DNA of 56,167 nt from Octopus sinensis (Eukaryota). The DNA lies in the NCBI RefSeq assembly GCF_006345805.1, contig NW_021834492.1, positions 1-56,167 of the forward strand, read 5' to 3'. Below, piece by piece: positions 1-11,739 of the stretch. The notes under the pieces were generated by a model, which searched no databases, was not told the origin of the DNA, and was given only the letters and a program-made list of their open reading frames with translations. Position numbers and translations under genes: made by a program. The first letter of the stretch is position 1. Every line of letters starts with the position of its first letter.

Positions 1-199
1 AGTGATAAGAAACAACAAACAGGAGAACTGTCGTATATACACAAATACAATAAACACATACATACATACAGACAACACATATATACAAATATACACATAT
101 ACATACATGAATACATACATATAGACATACAGACATACATGCATACATACATATATATGTGTGTGTATGTGGCACGCGCGCTTCTACCTTGACGCATTA

Positions 200-850
200 A
201 AATAAAATCAAGTCAGTCCCTGTCGGCCAGTTGGTGAGGCTTTTACACTCCTTCTCCTGTCGGCCAGCTTCTTACAGTCAAGAAGCGCATCCAAGATAGC
301 GTTCCGTTCGTCCACCAGAACTAAAGGCTGAGGTGTGCCAAGGAATACTTCCATCGATCCGCAAAAATTCGGCTAACCCACCCCAGCTGGAGCGTAGATA
401 GCGTCTAGAATAAAACGTCACCTTCGCTACCACCCACGACCAGAACCAACAGTTTCCATTCCTGGTGCATGAAGATCGTCTGTACCTCGAGATTCAAGTC
501 TTACCTTCACAGCATTCCTACTCTGCCTCCTATTCCTGGTTGACATAGAGATGCGTAGATCTCAAAGTCATCATAAATGGGGGTCAATGTGCGCGTGTCG
601 AAATCCTGGTCTCGCTGATGGCTGTCACTTCCATAACTAGTAACCTGAATAAATGGAAGCAATCGTGCTTCCAACATGACACTAGGTCACATACATTTAT
701 ATAACTTACTCTACTAATTACCATGTCTGGAAAAGGTTGAGAAAGAAGAAGAATGGAATTACCTTCCCGGTAAGACGGGGTTCTTTTGGGGGACCTCTTT
801 ATCGTTACAAGAGGATGAAATCTCGTCAGCGGGAAGAAACCGAGTGCTGG
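200..850 (-). mobile_element. Tx1/L1-clade LINE fragment (end of ORF1 plus N-terminal APE endonuclease), degenerate
   Basis: The minus-strand translation SRVSYINVCDLVSCWKHDCFHLFRLLVMEVTAISETRIS parallels the APE start of the copy at ~5085 (FRIGCVNVCGLGSAWKQGHLLNDLRSFDLDVATIDKTKIS). Further on, IYAPAGVG...EVFLGTPQPLVLVDERNAILD matches the APE GDWNA region. Confidence 0.7.
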
Positions 851-857
851 ATTGCTA

Positions 858-900
858 GGGTGGTGGTGATGGTGGTGGTGGTGGTGGTGGTGATGATGAT

Positions 901-958
<58 letters not shown>

Positions 959-960
959 AG
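858..960. repeat. (GGT)n/(GAT)n compound microsatellite
   Basis: Directly visible. Confidence 0.97.
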
Positions 961-965
961 TAAAT

Positions 966-1397
966 GCCCCGATGCAGTACCAGACTGTGGCTCTTATGAT
1001 TTCTGAACACAACTGAAAGTGTTATCATGTACATTGTTTTGTCTTGGTATAGAAGACGGGCTACAGCAAATATTCTGTTCAATACTGCAGGTTTGTTTGT
1101 TAGTTGTTTGACCCTTTGAGCATATCCCTTAGAGGCTGATGATACGTGCATCTTTGATCACAGTGGGGGAGCTTCAAAGCCATGTACTGGGTGGAATGTT
1201 GTGGATTTGAATAATTCAACCATGTTTCCATAGGTGTTTCGTTCAACAACCTCAAACAATCCTTATTCAGGGACATTTTGAGTTACTCAACCTGAAGAAA
1301 ATTCTAACTGTGGGGCCCCACCTGCAAGTCATGCGCTGTTTTATCTTGATATGAGATTACCATGTTGCGCAAATATGGTTATGATGCATATGCCTGG

Positions 1398-1437
<40 letters not shown>

Positions 1438-1535
1438 AGTAAATGCCTTATCAGACGGGTAGTCATGATGGGTATACTGGGCTTCGTATACCCATCATGT
1501 ATCACTTAGATGACATGCACTGCTCTCTCACTCAA
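966..1535 (+). mobile_element. ~520-570 bp non-coding interspersed repeat, copy 1, flanked by trinucleotide microsatellites
   Basis: Colinear with 7083-7599: both start gccc-gatgcagtacc, share gggctacagcaaatattctg and gaagaaaattctaa-tg, and end catgcactgctctctcactcaa followed by (CAA/TAA)n. Confidence 0.8.
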
Positions 1536-1860
1536 CAACAACAACAATAGTAATAATAATAATTTCATTTATTTGCCACAAGGGCGAAGGATGAGGAGGT
1601 CAATACAGAGACAGGCATAAAGTTTGGGGGTTTACATATAATAATGAAATAATTAAAAAAGTAAAGTATACTTGGTATACACTGGAAAAGAAGAGACGTA
1701 TGCATAGCATACAATGGTTAAAAAAAGTGGGGAGGAATAATGATTGAGATGTGGCCTCCCTGATACAAGAACACCTCTAGGGTTAATCGAGGAACCCCAC
1801 TGTCCGAGATTTCCCTGAAAACCTAGGAGCAAGTGACCTCTCCAATTCCTTCTCTCCGAC

Positions 1861-4800
1861 TCACAGGTCTTCACTTAGAGAGGTACCATCCTCTCTCGGC
1901 ATTTTCGCAACTTTCACCCACCTTTCAATAAATTCACTCGAGGACAGCTTTTCCCTATCCACTCTCAATTTCCTTTTCAAATGAAACTTGAAGAAGTCAA
2001 TGAGACTTCCTCTACCAAAAAGGAATGTATTTGTCCTCATACCTTTCAGCCTTGTTCACCTAACAAGCTCTTTCGCCATAGCTACCAGGCAAAGGAAAAC
2101 TGCCTTGCCTGCCCGATTGAAGGAGGGTGGCGGTGCAATCATCACTACACTGCCGTCCCACACGTCACAGCAACTGTTCACCATAACGCCACAAGTCAGC
2201 AATGCCCCGGACACTGAACAAGACCGTACAGAATGGTTTTGCCACTCTGTGTGCACCTCGGACAAGTACGTTTCACAGCACATCCGTGCCTGTAGATTTT
2301 ATCTCGAACTGGTAGCGCCCCCTCAGTAGCATTTCCAGGCCAAGGACATCCGGAGATTATCCATGATAGTTCCAAACCGGAAAGTCCTCCGGAACAGACA
2401 AGCCAGTTCGTTCTCGTCGGCGCCCAGAGTCTCCACGGAACATCGTCGCACTTCCCCATCACAAATCCTTAATAAATATCTAAAGCGGAACGTCTACCGA
2501 TTCCATTGCCCGACTGGAAGAGGACTGTGAGCACCTGACGACATTCTAGGTTCCAGGCGCCCAGTCTCGGTCTTTTCTTCATACAGGACATCAGCTTCGT
2601 CAAGGAGACGGGCTGCAGAAAGACGAGTCTCACAAATGGAGCCCACACACGCTCACCATCCAGAAATCATTGCACGTGGCGTAACCCAAGCGCGTGTCTG
2701 CGCATTGGGAGCCACTGCATACCTAGTCCACCACTCAGAGGATGATGGCAACAGATTGACCGCCTGAACCACCGGAACGCGTCTCTTCCACAAGTATTTA
2801 AATAAGAGACGCTCCATCTTGGTCAAGCAGTTACCGGAACAATGCATTCGCCACCTCTGCCCGACCTTTCAGGGACAGCTTTCTTTCAGCCCATTTCTGG
2901 GTAAGACTGGCCAACCTGTTCGCCACTTCATCCCAGTTCTTATCAACCTGGAGGTCGCGACCAAACTAGACCCCGAGCACTTTAACTGGTCCGTCAGCCC
3001 GACCGAAAACTAACCGATTTGTTGGCATTGATTTTTAGCCCTTGCAACCGACTCATATTACTTTAGGATGGTGCCGACCGTCTCCACTTCGGAGGCGCCC
3101 GACACCATGACGGTGACATCGTCCATGTATGCTGTCATTGCTTTTCCTTGTCCCAGTTAAAAAGGAATTCCCCTTAGCTGTTCCAACTTCCGCAATAGTG
3201 GTTCGAGTGATTGGCACTCGAGCCACTATTGCGGAAGTTGGAACAGCTATAGAAGAGATGACAGCGTGCATCCCTGACGGCTCGAGCGTGCGATGCCGTT
3301 GACATTGACCACTGAATAGGTGCTGCTGTACATTGCAGCGATGCAGCCTCTGAAAACGGGTCCGAAACCGCTTGCTTTCAGGACGGCTTCCAGGTAGCGA
3401 TGGTCGACCCTATCGATGCTTTTGATTAACCCTCGAAAGCTGTGGGCCCAGCCCTCTCTATGATGTATCGCATAAGGTGAAGGTTGTCGTAGATAAAGCT
3501 GCTCGGGACTGCACTTCTTCGACCAGGCTATCCGTAACATCACCAATCTTTTCGCTAACACCTTGGTCAAAATCTTAAACTCTGTTTAGCTGAGTTATAG
3601 GTCGAAAATTCTCTAGTACGTCCCCATTGTCGGCGTCCTTCCTCAGCAGTGTCACCACACCTCTGCTAATAGCACTAGGAATTCTCCCGTTCTGTTGCCA
3701 GTTGCAGTAGACATCTGCCAAGAGGTCGCCAAAAAACAATCTGGCATGAATACACAAAATTCATAGGGCAGACCATCCAAACCGGGCGATCTGCGGCTTC
3801 TGCAATCGTTCATAGCCTCCTAAATTTCGGTGGCTGTTATCGGCCTTTCACATAAACTCACATCAGCTACCAAGAGCCGCGGCAAGCAGGCCAGGTACGA
3901 ATTAAGTCCAGTACCGTCGTCGACCCATCGTTCTCTCCAAACGGTCACGCGAAGTGCTGCTGAAAAGCCGCACACATCTGCTCGGAGTCGCGTAGTACAC
4001 GCCTATCCCGATCCGTCAAAGACCTATACGTGGTTTTGTTTCTACTTCGCGTCGCCACCGTTCGAGCCCATCGGACAGTTTTAGTTCCATCCTGTTTGAG
4101 TGCACTGGCCTTAGCTCTAACAACGCAACCTTCGTGTTTCGCTTCGAATAATGATTAAGGGTCATTCTCGGCGCTAACACATCGGTCGCAATGCCCTTTG
4201 TAATCGCCTCTTCTATTTTGCTAACTAGTTCACCCTTTACTCTTTTCCTTTCTATTGCTAACTCTTTGTTAAATGCTATCGAATCTATTCTAATAACCCT
4301 CTTTAGGACAGCCCACCAACGGTTGTTGATGATTGCTCCCATCTAGTTCACTAATCCGGTCCCTGTAGTCTTTGCGAGCCGGAAAGGACGCGTTTAACTA
4401 CCAGTAACCGGGTTCCTGTCTACGAGTCCTATTTAACTTGACTGTGCAGATCACAAACCTATGGTCTGTGTAGCTGACCAATTTGAATTGTGGACAATCT
4501 ACACTATCCCTGTCCTCTAGATACGATCTGGATGACCCATTGTGGTTGCTTCATGTCCATACTGGTACATCAGGGAAATCCAGTCGATACCTATGAGACA
4601 ATTGGAAGTGCCTAAGTAGGTTTCCGAGGTTTTTGCATCCCCTTCTTCCGTGTACTAACCCCACACAGTCCTTCCGTCCCAAATCACATTCCAGTCCCCT
4701 AGTACTAAACTGCGGTACGTTCCCAAGTAAGTTTCTAGACACCTGAAGAATTCTGGTCTTCCAGCTCCTGATGGGAAAGAGACGACCACCAGTCTAAGGG

Positions 4801-5085
4801 CGCCATCTATGCTACCAACCTGCTGCCTGGGTCCAAGAATATTGCCTTTACTTTGAGGTCTAAAGATTTTCAGAATAGCTATGCTACTCCGCCACCCGCT
4901 CCCGACAGACCATATGATGAGAATATCTAATAGTCATTGAAAATGGGCGCGCATTAGAAATCTTTGTCTTGTCAATTGTAGCCACATCTAAATCGAACGA
5001 CCTGAGGTCGTTTAGCAAGTGACCTTGCTTCCAAGCTGACCCTAGGCCACAAACATTCACACAACCTATTCTGAAAATGACTATG
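1861..5085 (-). pseudogene. Tx1-like ORF2 (APE endonuclease, reverse transcriptase, C-terminal CCHC), with many stops and frameshifts
   Basis: ORF-track fragments 4972-5175, 4551-4742, 4016-4342, 3575-3757, 3247-3570, 2653-2847, 2196-2462 and 2056-2283 are colinear pieces homologous to the less-decayed copy at 47607-49410. Confidence 0.85.
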
Positions 5086-5229
5086 TTTATCGAAGAAACA
5101 AAATGAAAGAAGGTCTCTTACTTTGTATTTTGAGAGGGTCGGCTGATTTAGCTGCCTCGTCTGAAGCATTATCATTAATGAAGGGCCTTCCTAAAGTCCT
5201 CTTAGCTGGCTTTAGCCTAAGACGCCCAA

Positions 5230-6684
5230 TGTCTATTGAGTATTTTTTAAAAGTTGTAGATAAGTGTTTGCGTCCGTTTTTATCAGATGTCTGTCATAGG
5301 AGGTTTTCGACAGAAATTCGGCGAACCCTTCTCCTATTGTGTGAATGTTTGTGTTTTCAATTCCTGCATCAGCTCGCTGTTGCTCTTGTGAACGACTATG
5401 AGGTTGATGAGGCGTTCGGGTTCTGTAGTCAGTTGTATGGGTTGTTCTTGTGAATGTTGCTTCTCTTCGTGTATTTATTTCTGTTTTGGTGTTTTTGTAG
5501 TTGTAGTTGTTGTTTGAATGAGTGTGCATTACTTTTGCTGTTGGGATGTGGGTAAGTGTGTCGGTGTTGTTAGTGTAGCTGATGGATTAGGTGAATTTTC
5601 CTCGTCCTGTCTTTTCACTTTCAGCTTAGGATGGCCTCTTTTTTAACTATTTTTTCGTTTTTCCCCAACACAGGTCCTTCTTGAGGGTTCAGTTCGTCCT
5701 CGTTGCATGATAAGGCTTCTGAATCGCCAACCACCAAATGTCTAATTCTGGTGGCACATCTGATATTTTAACTTTCACCACCTACCGTGCAAGGTATGTA
5801 GGAAGGAGAAGGTCTTCGTGTTTACACTGGACCATTGAGTGTTTTGGGACTAGAGCCTCTGTGAAGAACCTCACTTCCACTGAACCATATTGTCTACCTT
5901 GTCCAAGTGCTTTTCAAGCATTTTTCTACTTGGAAATGTGGGGCATTGAAGATTTTCTTCGTCTTTAGCGACACACATCTGTATATGATGGTCCGTCTGG
6001 CCATCTTCTCAATCACATCTGAAAGGATAGCAAGCTTGGTTTTCCTATCCCCTCTATTGAGGAGTTTTTTTGCTTCATATTCAGGTACTCATGTTTTCTT
6101 TCCAGGGAGATTTGCTCCTGCAATTTTGTTAATGCAGCAAAGGAGTTGGCTTTATCGTTACTGTTAATTATATCGTTTTTTACTGCTGGTGTTGTTCCCG
6201 TTGTTTTTACTGTTTTACTGTTGTTGGTTTTAGTCGGAGCCAAAACGACGTTATTATTTCTGGCGATGTTCATATCGTTGACCGAAGTAACCAAGCTACT
6301 TGCTAACGGGGTGGGAGCATCATTTATATCTCTTTCTTTACTACTCACAAGGGGCTAAACATAGAGGGGACAAACAAGGACAAACAAGGACAGACAAACG
6401 GATTAAGTCGATTACATTGACTCCAGTGCGTAACTGGTACTTTATTTATCAACCCCGAAATGATGAAAGGCAAAGTCAACCTCGGCGGAATTCGAACTCA
6501 GAACGTAGCGGCAGACGAAATACGGCTACGCATTTCACCCGGCATCATTTATATCGTAGCTGTACTGTTTACTTGTCTCTCCCGTCAAAGCTTTGTTGTT
6601 GTTCGTAGTGGTAGTAGCAAAGGTGATGAAGGCGGCGGTGTCAGAGCTGCTGTTGTTGTTGTTTTTTGTGATTGGGATGGTCAT
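5230..6684 (-). pseudogene. Tx1-like ORF1, interrupted by a SINE
   Basis: Removing the SINE and one TSD copy gives a continuous frame from ATG 6684: MTIPITKNNNNSSSDTAAFITF...QYSYDINDAPTPLASS. Downstream LPTYLAR-VKVKISDVPPELDIWWL resembles Tx1 ORF1. Confidence 0.65.
6331..6541 (-). mobile_element. tRNA-derived SINE (family A), 5'-truncated, with 14-bp TSD
   Basis: B-box-like gagttcgaattcc and central gcctttcatc.tttcggggt.gataaa..aagtaccag; homologous to 36562-36797. The perfect TSD gcatcatttatatc lies at 6317-6330 and 6542-6555. Confidence 0.9.
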
Positions 6685-7082
6685 CTTGTTTTGCCTTCAT
6701 GTTTGTCTAGTAGTCACGCCAACAGGCGAAGAATTCACACTCTCTCTCTCTCATTTTTGTAGCAAGACACTCCTCTGTCTCTTCCCATCTCTTATGGACG
6801 ACTGAAACTATTTGCTGCTGCCATTCAGCAAAATTCTAAATTTTTCCACATGGAATAAAAAAAAAGATGGAATAAATTTGATAAGTCCCCCAAGAAATAG
6901 GGGGACTTTTAACAAAAAAGGAACTCACCAGCAAAAGAATGATCCCTTATTCTCCACTCTGGTTGAAAATGATAGGAAAGCACCGCTATTTTCCGGAGAA
7001 AACTGACGATATCCGAAAACAAAATACGGAGCCGATGTCAAGCGTAGCTTCCTCGGCTGACGGCTATAATGATAATAATAAT

Positions 7083-7599
7083 GCCCTGATGCAGTACCAA
7101 GCAGTGGCTTTCATGGCTTTTGATCTTAACTGATTGGAAGTGTTATGTCCTGGTATAAAAGATGGGCTACAGCAAATATTCTGCTCAATACCACAGATTT
7201 GCTTGCTCAACCTTAACCGGTTGAGCATGTCCCTTAGTGACTGACGATATGTGCATTTCTGATCACGAGCAGAAGTAGTGGGGGAGCATCATAGTCATGA
7301 GGAATTTATTGGGGTTTGGATAATTCACCTTTAGAAACATGGGTTTTTCTTTCAACATGTTTTGTTCATCATCCTTAAACAACCCTTATTTATGGACCTT
7401 TTCAGTGGGATGGGCTACTTGACCGGAAGAAAATTCTAATTGGGCCCTCCTGCAAGGTCATGCCCTGTCTTGATATGAGATCACCATGTCGCGCACATAT
7501 GATTGTGATGCACGTATCTGGTGGTCCTGATGGGTATACTAGGCTTCGTATATTTTACTTCAGTGTCACTTTGATGGCATGCACTGCTCTCTCACTCAA
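7083..7599 (+). mobile_element. ~520 bp non-coding interspersed repeat, copy 2, between (AAT)n tracts
   Basis: Homologous to 966-1535; preceded by gataataataat and followed by (AAT)n. Confidence 0.8.
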
Positions 7600-7622
7600 T
7601 AATAATAATAATAATAATAATC

Positions 7623-7674
<52 letters not shown>

Positions 7675-7677
7675 TGA

Positions 7678-7711
<34 letters not shown>

Positions 7712-7740
7712 GGTGTTGATGATGATGATGATGATGATAT
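7598..7740. repeat. (AAT)n-(GAT)n-(GGT)n compound microsatellite
   Basis: Directly visible. Confidence 0.97.
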
Positions 7741-8150
7741 AGTTGTCAGAGATCACCAAGAAGGAAAAAATGCTTTCTAATCGAAGTATTAATACCAGCA
7801 GATGACAACGTTTCTCTAAAAGAAATGGAGAAACTTTCAAAATACAAAGACCTGGAAATAGAGGTAACCAGAATGTGGAATCTAAAAACAGAAACAATTC
7901 GCATCATAGTAGGTGCATTAGGCATGATAAAAAAATATTCAGACAAATACATAACAAAAACACCAGGACTTACAAACACATATAACATACAGAAAATAGC
8001 ACTTCTAGGCACCGCACACATCCTACGCAGAGCACTTTCCATACAGTAAAAACAACGACACCAAAATAAACTTCAGCATATACATGAGGCACACGGAGCT
8101 GCGCTCGGTAGTGTAGTGAAGTCACGTGATAAAAATAAGACTACTGAAAA
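7736..8150 (+). mobile_element. R4/Dong-clade LINE 3' end (RLE C-terminus plus 3'UTR), 5'-truncated
   Basis: DIVVRDHQE..CFLIEVLIPADDNVSLKEMEKLSKYKDLEIEVTRMWNLKTETIRIIVGALG...QKIALLGTAHILRRALSIQ* is the PD-(D/E)xK RLE tail typical of R4/Dong/Rex6. Confidence 0.88.
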
Positions 8151-8151
8151 A

Positions 8152-8158
8152 TAATAGT

Positions 8159-8189
<31 letters not shown>

Positions 8190-8209
8190 ATAGTAGTAGT
8201 AGTAGTAGT

Positions 8210-8277
<68 letters not shown>

Positions 8278-8290
8278 CAGCAGCAGCAGT
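8152..8290. repeat. (AGT)n/(AGC)n microsatellite
   Basis: Directly visible. Confidence 0.97.
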
Positions 8291-10794
8291 AGATATGAAA
8301 TAAGGAAGAGCAGCATTATGCTGAGGTTGAGTAGTTACTAAATTTGAAAGAGTCTGAATAACAAAACAACTTAATTCACTGATCAACGGAAATAAAGAAA
8401 TTCCTGAGTGAATAAGTTTTGATGAACATTAAGTTTGCTTGAAAGCTACTTCAAAAAGGAATGCCGTGAATAATTACTGACCCATATCATACCTTCCACT
8501 GACGTGGAATCTGTTCAGTGGAATAATATATACAATTCTTGATGATACCAGAATTCTATCTGTTGAGCAATAGAGCTATATATATTGCCGGACGCTAAAG
8601 TCTAGTTACTCATACATAAAATGGGGGTGAAAAAATTTCAGAGAAGGAAGACGAATTTAACCTGGATAGATTACTCTGTCGCTTACAATTACTTCTGGAG
8701 TTTGCCCACATGATGTCCTTTTTTCGACGCCATCTATATTCACCACACAACTCCCGTCTTGTGAAATTATCGAGTTATCTTTTGTATTTTTTTGAGCCAC
8801 CTTCTTCGTCCGTAACTTTTTTTTTATTTCAGGATAGAGTCACACCAATGACCTTTTTAATGGTTTAATTATAAATAGGAAAATACGCCTATAGCCCATA
8901 GTTTTCTTAATGGCTTAAACATTGGTGGAAGACTAATACATTTCGTAGAAGAGTAATCTGTTTTAAACATCACTCACAGGTGTCGCAGTAGCACTCTTGA
9001 TGCTTTTTGGTGTTTTAGTTATAGCGGAGCGATGGTTTTGCAAAAGTGTTCTTAATGGGTGGGAGGGAAAAAGAAAAGGAATAAGAAAGCAGAGATGTAG
9101 CCTGGTAATCAGCCGAGGATAGACTGCTATAAAAGTATACAAAGGTCAAGTGGTGGTGCTAAACGACGTAATGAGTTAAAACTACTACTGAAAGCAGTCA
9201 AATATTTTTCAGAAGACACTTTCTTAAACGAAGGATGGAAAAACTGAGAAAGACTGTCCTAGATATATACAATGGTTGTTGTAGACCTAGAAATATATTG
9301 CGCACGAAAAATACCCAGATGAGGTGGCCACTTCAGAAGCACACTGTTGAACAAAACATGTAAAATAAATAAATAAATAAAATTAAAAAAATTAAAATCA
9401 AATTGGAGTAACAATGCGTATCTTGAACTCTCAGAAATAGTAACCACGTCTCCCTTTAATAATTCTCTACCATCTGAATTTACAAGTAGATACATTGGTA
9501 ATACTGCATTAATGAAAAAAGCAGGATGGAGACATCGTTGGAATATCTTTAATCACATATTAGATTGATTAACCATAGCATGGGTTTAAATAAGTGAAAC
9601 ATTTTCTAAAGAATTAGGCCTGAAACTCAATTTTCTCAGCTTTTATATAGAGCTACAATGTCTATAAAAATGTACACATTTATAGGGAAGATGTGTAATA
9701 GATTACATCGTGATTACGTATATCTTTGGTATATATTTTAGAAATCCTGAATGACTGAAAGTAAAGTCAACTCAGACGAGATTTTCAACAAAGAGACTAA
9801 ACAGTTGTAGTTAAATGTTACATTGTTTTACTTTCTAATGCTCTAAAAATCCTTATTTAAATATTTAAAGTCGATATACCTTCGGGAGAAACTAACATTG
9901 AGACAAAATTTGCAAGAGAAATCAGGAAAGTAAATAAATGATATAAATATACATTCTTTAAACTGAGATTTTTTTTAGAAAAAAGTCTATGCAAAACAAG
10001 GCGATTGTTGAGGGAAGGGAAAAAACTTCGAAAACACGTTGTTGGTCTAAGGAATAGAAAATACACAGAAAAATGACTGTTCCAATAGAATAAAATTCAA
10101 CAGTCATAGGTTTTAGAAAAGTTATAGAAGCATTATTATGATGCAGATAAACTAATCCAGTTGACATTAACAATAATGTACATTGTCTCAACATTACATT
10201 GCTCTGTCCTTTAATAAATTTATCTACAATCCCTACAAAACAAACAAAAATCAGAACAAAACACGTATAATCCAAGTTTTAAACAGCTTACACATACATT
10301 CAGTGAAAAAAATTGAAAACAAAAATTCTCCTAATGAGTCAATTTCGATCGCTTCTATAGCAAAGAATTGCAACTACAATTACGATTTCTTTATTTATAA
10401 ACGAGGTTAAGCATTTTAATGTGCGAGAGACGAATGATATTGTGTGACATTCATACATGTTTTTAATTCTTTCGAAAAGTATTTCCGAAGTAAATACAAT
10501 AAATATGTTTTTTCCAGGTATCGAAACAGATTCACGGGTTTAAGTAGCATTTCTTTTATCCCTTGTGTGTTATTTTCACAGGTAATTCATTCTACCACAT
10601 ATTTATAGAAGAATGTATACTTGTATGAATCGATGGAAAGAATGCCAGGAGAGTATTTACACGTTCGCTCGACCTTCGAGAAATATCAGTCAAATATTGC
10701 TCAAATGACATTCGATCGACTAAAAAAGCAAATAACACATTCAATAATTTAGACCTCAGTAGCCAAAGGAAGATGGAGATATGTATTTACGTAC

Positions 10795-10859
10795 ATACGT
10801 ACGTATGTACTTATGCATGTATGTATGCATGTATGTATGTATATCTGTGTATATATGTA

Positions 10860-10923
<64 letters not shown>

Positions 10924-10953
10924 AATCTATCTATCTATCTATCTATTTATCTA

Positions 10954-11012
<59 letters not shown>
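10795..11012. repeat. (TATG)-(TATC)-(TC)-(TA) compound microsatellite
   Basis: Directly visible. Confidence 0.97.
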
Positions 11013-11014
<2 letters not shown>

Positions 11015-11016
<2 letters not shown>

Positions 11017-11550
11017 TGGCTGCCCCCGCGTTATCGAGTATGGCTATTGCACGAAGATTAATCAATGTTGTTATCGTGCAATGCCTGTGCAAGAAGATTG
11101 TTTTTTAAGTGAGGAAAGGCTCACTAAGCAACAGCAGCCATAATCCGAAAAGAAGAACAAGTCACCATCATCGGTAACCACTGAGCCGCAGGTTTTATGT
11201 CGGAGTTATCCCAGTTACCTGAATTACCTTCTCCTAGAAGGATGCCCTAACAAAGGCTAGGAGTCCTTCACTCCCAATGGTTTAACCGCGTGATCGGGTA
11301 TTCAGTCCGATTATTTCTATGTCCCCGCGCATGATACAGCCTTAAGACATTTATTGGATGGCCGTTGACTCTCAAGAGTTCCTCCGCCCTTTTACGGGTT
11401 TTGTTTTTCATCCCGCAGGGTGTCCAATAAACACCCTCCTCACCAAACAAGCTTGGTGGGGTTGCCGGTTTAGTCGCCGACGGCCCGACCATGCAACAGG
11501 TTGTACTGGGTTACATGTTACCAGTAGCACTCAAAAGTGACCTGACACCA
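11015..11550 (-). mobile_element. GC-richer non-coding cassette inside (TA)n, resembling an RTE-type 5'UTR or non-autonomous element
   Basis: Sharp composition boundaries with (TA)n on both sides. Minus-strand ggcatccttctaggagaaggtaa recalls RTE 5'UTR motifs, recognised from memory only. Confidence 0.4.
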
Positions 11551-11562
11551 ATATATATATAT

Positions 11563-11596
<34 letters not shown>

Positions 11597-11689
11597 CATA
11601 CACACATCATTCATACATGCATACATTCATATATAAATGTGTGTGTGTGTGTTTGTGTGTGTGTGCGTGTGTGTGTGTATGTGTGTGCG

Positions 11690-11727
<38 letters not shown>

Positions 11728-11739
11728 TAAATATATATT

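Larger units (their letters stand above)
1564..6790 (-). mobile_element. Near full-length, degenerate Tx1/L1-clade LINE (ORF1, ORF2 APE-RT-CCHC, 3'UTR) with a SINE inserted in ORF1
   Basis: Minus-strand APE motifs (IGCVNVCGL; GRPEFFRCLETYLG...LGDWN), RT motifs (DRVDHRYLEAVLKASGFGP; RQGCTLSSLL) and C-terminal LPVRDKIYRHG..CPRC..CP. The 3' end cccttgtggcaaataaatgaaatt abuts (ATT)n. The 5' boundary is approximate. Confidence 0.88.

Noticed and set aside
6883-6910. 9-bp hairpin followed by a T run, resembling an intrinsic terminator or Helitron end
   Set aside because: The context is eukaryotic, there is no CTRR terminus downstream, and it is short enough to be chance.
7083-7200. Possible HDV-like ribozyme at the 5' end of the 520-bp element
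   Set aside because: Some pairings exist (tggtat/atacca, agca/tgct), but there is no room for P3/L3 in the required order.
8141-8386. Ala/Thr-rich ORF on the minus strand
   Set aside because: Mostly the (AGT/AGC)n array; it has a non-ATG start and an in-frame stop just upstream at ~8430.
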